From: Patescibacteria group bacterium
GTDB lineage: Bacteria > Patescibacteriota > Minisyncoccia > Phycocordibacterales > 21-14-all-36-13
DNA: 50,912 nucleotides
NCBI GenBank assembly: GCA_038065915.1
Contig: JBBTPZ010000002.1
Span: 18,714 to 69,625, forward strand
Direction of reading: 5' to 3'
Shown here: positions 1 through 8,056 of the stretch, piece after piece
Layout of the letters: every line of letters begins with the position of its first letter
How positions within the stretch are numbered: position 1 is the first letter of the stretch
Translations under genes and position numbers: made by a program
Notes under the pieces: model-generated
Database searches by the model: none
What the model saw: the letters and a program-made list of their open reading frames with translations, nothing else
Told to the model about the DNA's origin: nothing

Positions 1-100
1 TTAACGACAATTTTAAAAAACAAATGGATGAAAATTGTCGCTTAACGACAATTTTAAAAAACAAATGGATGAAAATTGTCGCTTAACGACAATTTTCATT
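1..100. repeat. tandem repeat, 41-bp unit x2 plus 18-bp partial copy; each junction forms the family C hairpin GAAAATTGTCGCTTAACGACAATTTTC
   Basis: Units 1-41 and 42-82 are identical and 83-100 is a partial copy. The array touches the window edge and may continue upstream. Confidence 0.9.
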
Positions 101-106
101 TACCCA

Positions 107-424
107 CTACTTACTGTTAAGTCCAACCGACGCATTCAATTCTAGGTCCGTGGGTTCTCCAGATTTAATTTTCTCCATATTACCAGTAAATGATTCCCAA
201 ATGAGTTTAATAAATATTTCGTTCCATAAATACAAAATCGGTCCTTTTAAATAGTTTTGCCATACATCAATCGCAAAACCCCAAACATATTTAAGATTCC
301 CCTGCGTTTGGTCCGATTCTATAGATGTTTTTAAATCAAAACCGAGATAACTTAAAACAAGAATCGCTATCACTATTAAAATAACTAATTTTACCAATCC
401 CCCACTTGTTTGTTTTTTTGTCAT
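107..424 (-). CDS. hypothetical small membrane protein (one TM span)
   Basis: ORF 107..478 opens at a TTG; the first ATG is at 424 (MTKKQTSGG). One hydrophobic span LVKLVILIVIAILVLSYLGF. No recognisable family. Confidence 0.5.
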   Translation of the reverse strand: MTKKQTSGGLVKLVILIVIAILVLSYLGFDLKTSIESDQTQGNLKYVWGFAIDVWQNYLKGPILYLWNEIFIKLIWESFTGNMEKIKSGEPTDLELNASVGLNSK

Positions 425-490
425 AAGTTTTTTTACCCTATTAAATAATTTTCTTTGAAAATTATTTTTGCTTCGCAAAAATAGTTAACA

Positions 491-538
491 CGAATATTAT
501 GGTTCAAAACTCTCTTAATGAGAGTTTTGAATTATTCG
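491..538. repeat. family B hairpin (ATTATGG(A/T)TTCAAA..TTTGAAT outer arms, variable inner stem)
   Basis: CGAATATTATGGTTCAAAACTCTC-TTAAT-GAGAGTTTTGAATTATTCG palindrome between two minus-strand genes. Confidence 0.85.
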
Positions 539-572
539 TATATTATATAATATATTTTAGTTTAAATATAAG

Positions 573-1868
573 TTATTGCAAATAATCCAGTGGATTAAGA
601 TATGCATTTAATGGAGCAACAGGCATTTTAACATTACTGCAGTTTGTTATCTTTTTTATATCTCCCAATCTAACAATTTTGACACCTTGTGTTGCATAAA
701 CCGTCAAATGAAGATGAGGACCTGTTGAGTACCCAGTGTTGCCGGAATATCCTATTATGTCTCCAGTATTGACCGTTTCGCCGGCATTAACTTTTATTAA
801 TGAAAGGTGCGCATATAAAGTTGATAGACCATTTTCATGTTTTATTAAAATCCACTTCCCATACGAATAACATCCACGAGACTCATCCGTATTTCCTGTT
901 CCAACAATCACTCCGCCAAGAGAGGCCTTAATTTTTGTACCAACCGAAGCTCTAAAATCTATTCCATTATGTCCATTTCCATTATATGCAGTTGTTGTTT
1001 TTGAAAATTCGGTATCTCCAAAATATTGAGTTATAAAAATATTATCAAGAGGCCAATTTAAAACTCCTGCGCGTGCCCTAGGAATGCTGTTCGGGTCTAT
1101 AGTTATGCGTAATTCTGATTCAAGGTTTAAAAGTTCTTTTTCAAACTGTTCCTTTAACCTAAGTTTTTCCGCAACCATATTTCTATAGTTTGATTCTTTA
1201 TTTTTAGTTTCTTTTAATAAATTAAATTGTTCCGCTTTATTGTAATCAACAATTTTTTTCTGGTCAGCCAATTGTGATTTTAAATTTGCCAACTCTCTTC
1301 TTTTTTGTTCCTCACTCAATTTTTTGTTTGTATATTCTTCTTTAAGCACACGAAGTTCATTCAAATTGTCTTGTATACTGGATTGAAATTTTTCTAAATT
1401 TTCAATTATATTCCAAAAGTCAGACATTTTTTCATAACCAACAACAATTTCAATCAAAGAAGTTGAATCAAATTCATACATTCTTCTTATTGATTCCGAG
1501 AGGGCTTTGTTATTTTGTATTATTTGTTGTTTTTTGTCTGATATTTCCACACTTAACTTACCTATATTTGAATCAGTCAAACTTATTTTCTTTTCTGTAA
1601 TTTTCATATCTACTAACAGTTTTTTACCGGATATTTCAAGAATTTGAATAGCGTTTTGAAGTGTATCTTTTTCCTTTCCAATAGTTTCTATCATTTTTTG
1701 ATACCCGCTAATTTCTTTTTCCAATTCTTGAATTTTTGTACTTCTGTCATCAATTTCAGATTTTAATTCACTAATGGATGATGCATTAGCGAAATGTATT
1801 GCAAAAGGTGCATATAAAAAAAATAACAACAGAAAAATTATACACGCTGTTTTCTGATAAGTTTTCAT
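573..1868 (-). CDS. M23 (LytM) family metallopeptidase with N-terminal signal anchor and long coiled coil (EnvC-like)
   Basis: C-terminal motifs HNGIDFRA, LYAHLS and GPHLHLTVY. The N-terminal ~250 aa are heptad-rich. Confidence 0.9.
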   Translation of the reverse strand: MKTYQKTACIIFLLLFFLYAPFAIHFANASSISELKSEIDDRSTKIQELEKEISGYQKMIETIGKEKDTLQNAIQILEISGKKLLVDMKITEKKISLTDSNIGKLSVEISDKKQQIIQNNKALSESIRRMYEFDSTSLIEIVVGYEKMSDFWNIIENLEKFQSSIQDNLNELRVLKEEYTNKKLSEEQKRRELANLKSQLADQKKIVDYNKAEQFNLLKETKNKESNYRNMVAEKLRLKEQFEKELLNLESELRITIDPNSIPRARAGVLNWPLDNIFITQYFGDTEFSKTTTAYNGNGHNGIDFRASVGTKIKASLGGVIVGTGNTDESRGCYSYGKWILIKHENGLSTLYAHLSLIKVNAGETVNTGDIIGYSGNTGYSTGPHLHLTVYATQGVKIVRLGDIKKITNCSNVKMPVAPLNAYLNPLDYLQ

Positions 1869-1877
1869 TTGTAAAAA

Positions 1878-3239
1878 TTATTTAATAGAATTAATTTTTT
1901 TGACCGCTGTTTCTATTCTGCTGATGGTCTCTTTTTTACCAAGTAGTGATGCAAGAATAAACGGGTCTGGTGATTTATCAATTCCGGATAAAGCATATCT
2001 CATTGGCCAAAGAACATTTCCTCTTCCCTTTTCTGTCGCAAAATTCCAAACGGCGTCTTTTATTAATACAGAATTAAAATTATTGTCTTGTATTTTTTCT
2101 AACAAATTTAAAATTTCTTCCAAATATTTTTTTGTGTTTTGAATATTTTTTTCATCTTTCCACATTAATGATTTTGTTTCATATTCTGGTTGTTCAAAAA
2201 AGTATTTTAACTCTCCCCTTTTGTGCATGTCTTTTATATCTCCAAATTTTTCAATCCTTTCTTTAATAACAGGAATAATTTTTTCCACCTTTTTATCATA
2301 ATTTGGAAAATTTTTTATTTCTGATGGCATAAATTTATTAACAAGCTCCATAAATTTTTTATCCGATAACATTTGTATATATTTTTTGTTAAACCAATTT
2401 AATTTTTCTATATTAAAGACAGCTCCTCCTTTTTGAATTTTTTTCATATTGAATCCTTTTATAAATTCTTCTCTTGTTAGAATCTCTCTATCATCCCCAG
2501 GGTTCCATCCTAAAAATGCCAAAAAATTTATAATTGCTTCCGGTAAATATCCAAGATTTTTATATTCAACAACATTAACGGCACCATCTCTTTTTGAAAG
2601 TTTTGATTTATCTGGCGAAAGTATTAAAGGTATATGAGCGTAAACTGGTCTTTGAGCCCCAATCGCTTCTTGAATTAGAATTTGTCTTGGAGTGTTTGGT
2701 ATGTGGTCTTGTCCTCTTATTATATGAGTTATGCCCATTTCGTAATCATCAATAACATTTGTAAGATGAAATATAGGTGTTTCCATATCTTTCGCAATAA
2801 CAAAATCACCTAAGTCGGTTGTATTAACTTCCACATCTCCAACAATTAAATCGTTGAAAATTATTTTTTTGTTTGGATTTTTAAAACGAATGACCTCATC
2901 TCTATCCCCCCTTTTTTCAGGTTTTTCTTTTGAGACATAAGCACTGCCGTCACCTATCATTTTTTTTAGATATTTTTTATATATTTCAATTCTTTCAGAT
3001 TGTCTATAAATTTCATCATAATCAAGTTCTAACCATTTCATTGTTTCTAAAATACTTTTTTCGTATTCTTTTGTTGACCTTTCTCTGTCGGTATCTTCTA
3101 TTCTCAAAATAAATTTTCCACCATTTTGTCTTGCAAAAAGATAAGTAAAAAGAGCCGTTCTTGCTCCTCCAATATGCAAATAACCCGTCGGCGACGGAGC
3201 AAAACGAACAACGACATTATTTTTTAGATTTTTTGTCAT
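1878..3239 (-). CDS. gltX: glutamyl-tRNA synthetase
   Basis: VRFAPSPTGYLHIGGARTALF (HIGH region) and KLSKRDG (KMSKS). Length 453 aa. Confidence 0.95.
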   Translation of the reverse strand: MTKNLKNNVVVRFAPSPTGYLHIGGARTALFTYLFARQNGGKFILRIEDTDRERSTKEYEKSILETMKWLELDYDEIYRQSERIEIYKKYLKKMIGDGSAYVSKEKPEKRGDRDEVIRFKNPNKKIIFNDLIVGDVEVNTTDLGDFVIAKDMETPIFHLTNVIDDYEMGITHIIRGQDHIPNTPRQILIQEAIGAQRPVYAHIPLILSPDKSKLSKRDGAVNVVEYKNLGYLPEAIINFLAFLGWNPGDDREILTREEFIKGFNMKKIQKGGAVFNIEKLNWFNKKYIQMLSDKKFMELVNKFMPSEIKNFPNYDKKVEKIIPVIKERIEKFGDIKDMHKRGELKYFFEQPEYETKSLMWKDEKNIQNTKKYLEEILNLLEKIQDNNFNSVLIKDAVWNFATEKGRGNVLWPMRYALSGIDKSPDPFILASLLGKKETISRIETAVKKINSIK

Positions 3240-3823
3240 ACAGGCTCATTCTTTAAATTTAAAAATTTAATTATTTCTGAATTTCTAATAAGAATTGTTT
3301 TGTTACTGTTATATGAAATGCCCTTATTTTGATTTTCTTCAAAACCAAGATAAACGACTATAATATTTTTTTTCTTAACATTGTTTATTGCTGGTTGTAA
3401 ATCTGAATCGGAACTACCTAATATAATTTGATCAAATAATTTATCGCAAGAAAAACTTACCATATCTACCCCAATTCTAACATCTACACCTTTTTCTTTA
3501 AAAATTAAAGATTTTTTACCAAGGAATCCAATTTCTTGAAAACCCCTGACTCTACCAGAAAAGATGACTTCAAATTCCTGTTTTTCCAGATGAGTTTTTA
3601 GTAGTCTTTGTTTTTCTATAAGTTCTTTAGATTTTTCTTTTGTATCTTTGTGTTCTTTGAGTTTTGCAAAATAAAAAACAACCTTGCTTATGTTGTAGCC
3701 ATTTAGTACCAAATTAAACAAACCCTTAAAATCAAACTGATGCCATATTATATCTTTTTTATTTAAAGAATCTTTAGCTTTTTTTATAAAATTTTCTCCA
3801 TCTATTAACAATACTGTTTTCAT
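3236..3823 (-). CDS. NYN (LabA-like, PIN-related) domain protein
   Basis: LLIDGENF, GVDVRIGVDM and GSSDSDLQP motifs. 4-nt overlap with the gltX start. Confidence 0.8.
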   Translation of the reverse strand: MKTVLLIDGENFIKKAKDSLNKKDIIWHQFDFKGLFNLVLNGYNISKVVFYFAKLKEHKDTKEKSKELIEKQRLLKTHLEKQEFEVIFSGRVRGFQEIGFLGKKSLIFKEKGVDVRIGVDMVSFSCDKLFDQIILGSSDSDLQPAINNVKKKNIIVVYLGFEENQNKGISYNSNKTILIRNSEIIKFLNLKNEPV

Positions 3824-4008
3824 ACAAAAATTATATCATAAAAATAGAAACTCCCGCGGACCTTTCGGCTGGCGGGAGCGTTTATGTGATTAAATATACA
3901 CTAATATAATAAAAAAACAAGAAACTCATCAACCTTAATCTTCTGTGTCAGTTGTTTTAAGATTTTGTTTTTAAAAAGATTTATTTTTAGCCATAATTTG
4001 AGAAACAC

Positions 4009-4037
4009 TTGACAAAAAAATCTAATCATGCTATCAT
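4009..4037 (+). promoter_or_regulatory. sigma70-type promoter TTGACA-N17-(TGc)TATCAT
   Basis: -35 at 4009-4014 and extended -10 at 4029-4037, upstream of the + strand small ORF. Confidence 0.6.
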
Positions 4038-4114
4038 ATATGTAGAAAAATTAAAGATAGTTTTTTTCAGAAAAAAACACCGGAGTTGCAGGAACAATAA
4101 AAATTCCAAATCTT

Positions 4115-4354
4115 TTGACTCTAACAGGATATTATGAGTCAATTAAGACAACATCTGGTTTTGTTACAATTACCCTTGGCAATTTAGGTGACCCATATTC
4201 TTGGTTTGTATATGATAGAACCAAAAAAACTTGGTCAAGTGAAATTGGCTGGACAAAAAAATATTCAATTGATACTAAAACCCATATTCTTGTTGGTTTC
4301 GGATATTTTCCTGAAGCAAAAATGTTTAATACTTATTTTTGGATACATCTATAG
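4115..4354 (+). CDS. hypothetical small aromatic-rich protein (79 aa, TTG start)
   Basis: Lies between the promoter at 4009-4037 and the terminator at 4368-4398. No SD and no ATG start, so an RNA-only transcript is possible. Confidence 0.4.
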   Translation: MTLTGYYESIKTTSGFVTITLGNLGDPYSWFVYDRTKKTWSSEIGWTKKYSIDTKTHILVGFGYFPEAKMFNTYFWIHL

Positions 4355-4367
4355 TTTAGATGTACCA

Positions 4368-4398
4368 AAACCGGCGATTCACATCGTCGGTTTTTTTT
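4368..4398 (+). terminator. intrinsic terminator
   Basis: ACCGGCGA-TTCACA-TCGTCGGT stem followed by T8. Confidence 0.7.
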
Positions 4399-4418
4399 AT
4401 CTTTTTCATTCCAAAAAA

Positions 4419-4456
4419 TCTACACCTATCTCTGCTATCGCAAAGATAAGTGTAGA
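4419..4456. repeat. family A hairpin (core CTGCTATCGCA, stem class TCTACA)
   Basis: TCTACACCTATCTCTGCTATCGCAAAGATAAGTGTAGA. Two C-A mismatches become G-U pairs on the minus-strand RNA. T6 follows on the minus strand. Confidence 0.9.
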
Positions 4457-4460
4457 GACT

Positions 4461-5009
4461 TTATAATTCAAATTCATCCTTTAATAAATCTTCATTACTG
4501 ATTTTTTCTGTTTCAAGAAAGATTATGTGTTTTGAAACACCAAAATATTCTCCAATAAATTTGATTTCCTTTTTGCATTCATATGGGGTAATAAAAACCG
4601 ATTTCTGTATTGGAGCACATCCAATTCTTATCAATTTTAGGGTTAATCCATCTCTGGCTGTTTTATGTTTTTCTGGAATATCAAACATTATTATTCTCCA
4701 AATCCCATCCCACCCCTTTTGCTCTTTTATCTTTATTTCATCTATTTTGTATTTCAAAATCTCTTTTCTTCCATTTTCTGTTATTTCAATTACATCAATT
4801 CCTTCTTTTTTATATTTTTTAACATATTTTTTGTTTTCTAATCTATCTATTGCTCGTCTAATTTTCTCCTTTTCTTTCCATGCTTCCGCATCAAACATTT
4901 TATAGACAAGAGGTAATTGTGGAAGTGCCATAGAACCAATTACAAAAGTTGCCCCCACTATTGCTTTTAATATATCTTTAGCTAATTCTCCTCTACTGTG
5001 TTTTTTCAT
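4461..5009 (-). CDS. PaaX-family / Cas2-fold-like small protein, paralog 1 (182 aa)
   Basis: WDGIWRIIMFDIPEKHKTARDGLTLKLIRIGCAPIQKSVFITPYE matches the Cas2-like beta-alpha-beta core seen in PaaX-type proteins. Collinear paralog at 41512..42060. Confidence 0.8.
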   Translation of the reverse strand: MKKHSRGELAKDILKAIVGATFVIGSMALPQLPLVYKMFDAEAWKEKEKIRRAIDRLENKKYVKKYKKEGIDVIEITENGRKEILKYKIDEIKIKEQKGWDGIWRIIMFDIPEKHKTARDGLTLKLIRIGCAPIQKSVFITPYECKKEIKFIGEYFGVSKHIIFLETEKISNEDLLKDEFEL

Positions 5010-5050
5010 ACAAATTATTTTTTGAATGCCACCTTACCCCTCTACATCTA

Positions 5051-5088
5051 TCTCTGCTATAGCAGAGATAGATGTAGAAAGAATTTCT
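5051..5088. repeat. family A hairpin (stem class TCTACA)
   Basis: Perfect palindrome TCTACATCTATCTCTGCTA/TAGCAGAGATAGATGTAGA, ~40 nt upstream of the paralog 1 start. Confidence 0.9.
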
Positions 5089-5174
5089 TCTTTTAAAAAA
5101 CAATTTTCTCACTGCTTATTTATTCATAACCCCATATATCCATATAATTCTTCTAAAAAAATATCATACTTTTA

Positions 5175-5214
5175 TTCTACACTTATCTTTGCTATCGCAA
5201 AGATAAGTGTAGAA
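5175..5214. repeat. family A hairpin (stem class TCTACA)
   Basis: TTCTACACTTATCTTTGCTATCGCAAAGATAAGTGTAGAA, directly after the murG stop. Confidence 0.9.
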
Positions 5215-5219
5215 AATAT

Positions 5220-6347
5220 CTACTTTTCGTGTTCCAAAGCAATTCTTATTAATTCTTTTGCGATTATTTTTGCTGAATCGGTTTTAGCGAATGATTTTGT
5301 TGCATTTATCATATTATTTCTTTTTGTTTCATTACCCATAATTTCTTCCACCTGTGAAATAAGTATGTCATCTGAAAGATTATTTTCTTCAATAACAATA
5401 GCAGAACCGGATGAAGCATAATTAAAGGCGTTTTTTCTTTGGTGATCTCCGTTTGAATTTGTTATTGGAATTATTATACTTGGAACACCCCAAACAGCTA
5501 TTTGAAAAATTGTTGAACCGGCTCTTGAAATAATTAAATCAGCGACCCCTGCAGACATTTTCATCGCAATCGTGTTCAAATAAGAAAAAGGTTTATATCT
5601 GTTTTTATATTTACTATTTTTTAATTCTATATCTGCCAAATTTTTTACATCTGCAAAATTTTTTTCTCCTGTTTGATGAATTATTTGATATTTTTCTACA
5701 AGTTTTGGAAGCGAATCAATAATTACATTATTTATTGTTTGAGAACCCAAGGAACCGCCTATTATAAAAATTACAGGAACATCTTTTTCTAATTTTAAAA
5801 ATTCTTCTGCCCCAGTTTTTGAAGGTTTTAATAATTCTTTCCTTATTGGATTACCCGTTAGGGCCACTTTTTCTTTTGGAAAATAATTTGATGCCTCTGG
5901 ATAAGAAATAGCAATCTTTTTGGCAAATTTTCCAGCCCACATATTGACTTTTCCGGGGACACTATCTGACTCATGAATTATTAGTGGAATTTTAAAAATT
6001 TTTGATGCAAGAATTACAGGAAAACTTCCATAACCTCCTTTTGAAAAAATTACATCTGGGAAAATATTGAATACAACAAAAACACTTTTTACTATTCCCC
6101 ACCCTGTTTTAAATAAATCAAAAAAGTTCATCAAAGAAAAATATCTTCTTAATTTTCCCGCTGATATTTTTTTATATTCTATACCAAGTTCAAAAAGAGC
6201 CCTTTTATCATAAACATCCGGTGCTAAAAAAAACAAATCTGGTTCTAATAGATTTTCATCTTTAACTATTTCCCTTATTTCTTCTGCAACGGCAATAATC
6301 GGATAAAAATGTCCGCCCGTGCCTCCGCCTGTAAATACAATTTTCAT
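5220..6347 (-). CDS. murG: UDP-GlcNAc:undecaprenyl-PP-MurNAc-pentapeptide GlcNAc transferase
   Basis: MKIVFTGGGTGGHFYP N-terminus and typical MurG length (375 aa). Confidence 0.95.
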   Translation of the reverse strand: MKIVFTGGGTGGHFYPIIAVAEEIREIVKDENLLEPDLFFLAPDVYDKRALFELGIEYKKISAGKLRRYFSLMNFFDLFKTGWGIVKSVFVVFNIFPDVIFSKGGYGSFPVILASKIFKIPLIIHESDSVPGKVNMWAGKFAKKIAISYPEASNYFPKEKVALTGNPIRKELLKPSKTGAEEFLKLEKDVPVIFIIGGSLGSQTINNVIIDSLPKLVEKYQIIHQTGEKNFADVKNLADIELKNSKYKNRYKPFSYLNTIAMKMSAGVADLIISRAGSTIFQIAVWGVPSIIIPITNSNGDHQRKNAFNYASSGSAIVIEENNLSDDILISQVEEIMGNETKRNNMINATKSFAKTDSAKIIAKELIRIALEHEK

Positions 6348-6480
6348 CCTGTAGTGAAAAATGGCATCGCTCTAAAAGAGCGCGGTCATTTTTGTTGTTA
6401 ATGTTAATAAATCTTGTCTCATAAATTTTTCATTATTTTAATATCCATTCCCGAATGCCATTTTCTACTACGGGATTCAT
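6345..6480. repeat. family E long inverted repeat (CATCCTGTAGTGAAAAATGGCAT / ATGCCATTTTCTACTACGGGATTCAT) enclosing an inner hairpin
   Basis: Arms at 6345-6367 and 6455-6480 give 22 pairing positions (2 wobbles, 1 mismatch on the + strand). The left arm contains the murG start codon. Confidence 0.85.
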
Positions 6481-6547
6481 CTTATTTATTATATAACAAA
6501 ATTATCTCAAAACAAACGAAGTAAATTTGTGATATTTAATTTAAAAT

Positions 6548-6716
6548 TAAAAAATCAAAATGAAAAATAATTATCCCTTCGGGAGATCTCCCGTAGGGAG
6601 ACAATGTAAAATATTAAAGTTACTGAACAAATTTTCTGAAAGAAAATTTGCAACTAATCTTTTGTTCGCCTTCGGCGAACTCCATAACTTTACACTTTGA
6701 GATTTACACTTTGCAT
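6548..6716. repeat. family D composite repeat (~150-170 bp; modules CCCTTCGGGAGATCTCCCGTAGGG, AAATTTTCTGAAAGAAAATTT, TTCGCCTTCGGCGAA, TTTACACTTTG)
   Basis: Abuts the ftsW stop. An inverted homologous copy lies at 7826-7990 and a direct copy at 33443-33592. Confidence 0.85.
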
Positions 6717-7823
6717 TCATACCGCTTTGCGGTATTTAGATATGTTTAATATAATTCCAACGGACGCAAGAGCAAAAAACAGAGCGGTTCCACCCTTGCT
6801 TACGAATATCAAAGGCATTCCTGTTAGAGGACCAACACCAAGCATTGATGCAATATTTATACTTGATTGAGTTATTATCAATAAAATAATCCCAACAACA
6901 AGCAATCTTGCAAAATTTGTCGGGGCCCTCGAAGCAATTTTAAAACCACGAAATGTAAAAACGAGAAACAAAATAAGTAATGCGATACTTCCAACAAATC
7001 CCCATTCTTCTGCAAAAACAGCAAATATGGAATCCCCTATTGGTTCAGGTAGAGAGCTAAATTTTTGTATACTTTGTCCAAAGCCCCTACCAAACATTCC
7101 GCCGGAACCAATTGCAATAAGAGATTGTTGTATTTGATATCCCGACCCATCCGGGTCCCTTCCGGGGTCAAAATATGTTAAAAATCTATCTTTTATATAA
7201 AAATACTGTTCAAAAGAAGCAAGTATCATAACTCCTATTGATATAATTAAAATTAAACCAAGCGCGTGTTTCCAACTCCCTCCGCCAACCAAGAACATTC
7301 CTATTGCGGTTACTGCTATTACAATCAAAGTTCCCGTATCTGGTTGTGCAAGTAAGATTCCAGCAATAATTCCAACCATAATAAAAAGAGGAATAATTCC
7401 ATATTTAAGCGATAAAATTTTTGTTTTTACACCAGCAATCCATGCCGAAAAATAAATTACAAATCCTATCTTAAGTAATTCCGCGGGTTGAAATGAAAAC
7501 GGACCGAGTGATAACCATCTTGTTGCTCCGCCATGCTCAATGCCTATACTAGGAATAAAAACTAATGCTGTTAATATCAAAGAACCTAAAAATATATAAA
7601 AAGCGTATTTATTCCAAATTTTATAATTTATTTTTGAAAATAAAATGAGTGCCAATGAACCAAGGAAAACTCCCAAGAAAATTTGATTGAAGGCAACCGA
7701 AGAAAAACTTGCTCCATCTTTTGCTAATAAACCCAAAGATGCTGATGTAAAAATAAAAAGTCCACCCAAAACCATAATGGCTGTTATTAATAAAAATACT
7801 TTGTCTATTTTGTGTTCGTGCAT
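6717..7823 (-). CDS. ftsW: SEDS family peptidoglycan polymerase (FtsW/RodA)
   Basis: 10-TM profile, FtsW/RodA-like sequence, position between mraY and murG. Confidence 0.9.
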   Translation of the reverse strand: MHEHKIDKVFLLITAIMVLGGLFIFTSASLGLLAKDGASFSSVAFNQIFLGVFLGSLALILFSKINYKIWNKYAFYIFLGSLILTALVFIPSIGIEHGGATRWLSLGPFSFQPAELLKIGFVIYFSAWIAGVKTKILSLKYGIIPLFIMVGIIAGILLAQPDTGTLIVIAVTAIGMFLVGGGSWKHALGLILIISIGVMILASFEQYFYIKDRFLTYFDPGRDPDGSGYQIQQSLIAIGSGGMFGRGFGQSIQKFSSLPEPIGDSIFAVFAEEWGFVGSIALLILFLVFTFRGFKIASRAPTNFARLLVVGIILLIITQSSINIASMLGVGPLTGMPLIFVSKGGTALFFALASVGIILNISKYRKAV

Positions 7824-7825
7824 GA

Positions 7826-7990
7826 TAGAAAGTTAAAAATGCAAAAATCAAAATGCAAAGTTGTCGTATCCGCCGAAGGCGGACGAACAATTAGTTATAA
7901 ATTTTCTTTCAGAAAATTTACTCAATGATTCTAACATTTTAAATTGTCTCCCTACGGGAGATCTCCCGAAGGGATGGTCATTTTACACCT
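7826..7990. repeat. family D composite repeat, inverted relative to 6548-6716
   Basis: The reverse complement aligns module by module with 6575-6716. Abuts the ftsW start. Confidence 0.85.
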
Positions 7991-8056
7991 TGCCTGCCCC
8001 GTAGTTAAATTTGTAAAATTTATACTTCGGGGAGATTTGCATTTTAAATTTTTGTA

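Noticed and set aside
3846-3878. GC-rich hairpin CTCCCGCGGACCTTTCGGCTGGCGGGAG as a fragment of a known RNA gene (SRP, tRNA)
   Set aside because: No flanking conserved motifs or cloverleaf are present. It is probably another isolated structural repeat or terminator, and it is not assignable.
4188-4466. 92-aa + strand ORF
   Set aside because: It runs through the terminator at 4368-4398 and the family A hairpin, and it overlaps the better-placed ORF 4115..4354.
6433-6480. MNPVVE.. mini-ORFs (also 40071..40145) as real genes
   Set aside because: The shared codons are simply the conserved repeat arm. There is no SD and the downstream sequence is not conserved. They are kept only as a possible regulatory uORF idea.
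7621-7890. 89-aa minus-strand ORF overlapping the ftsW 5' end
   Set aside because: It is an alternative frame of ftsW that extends into the family D repeat. It has no support.
6548-7990. Composite transposon carrying ftsW
   Set aside because: No transposase or target-site duplication is seen. The flanking repeats belong to a dispersed non-coding family, and ftsW sits in its normal dcw context.
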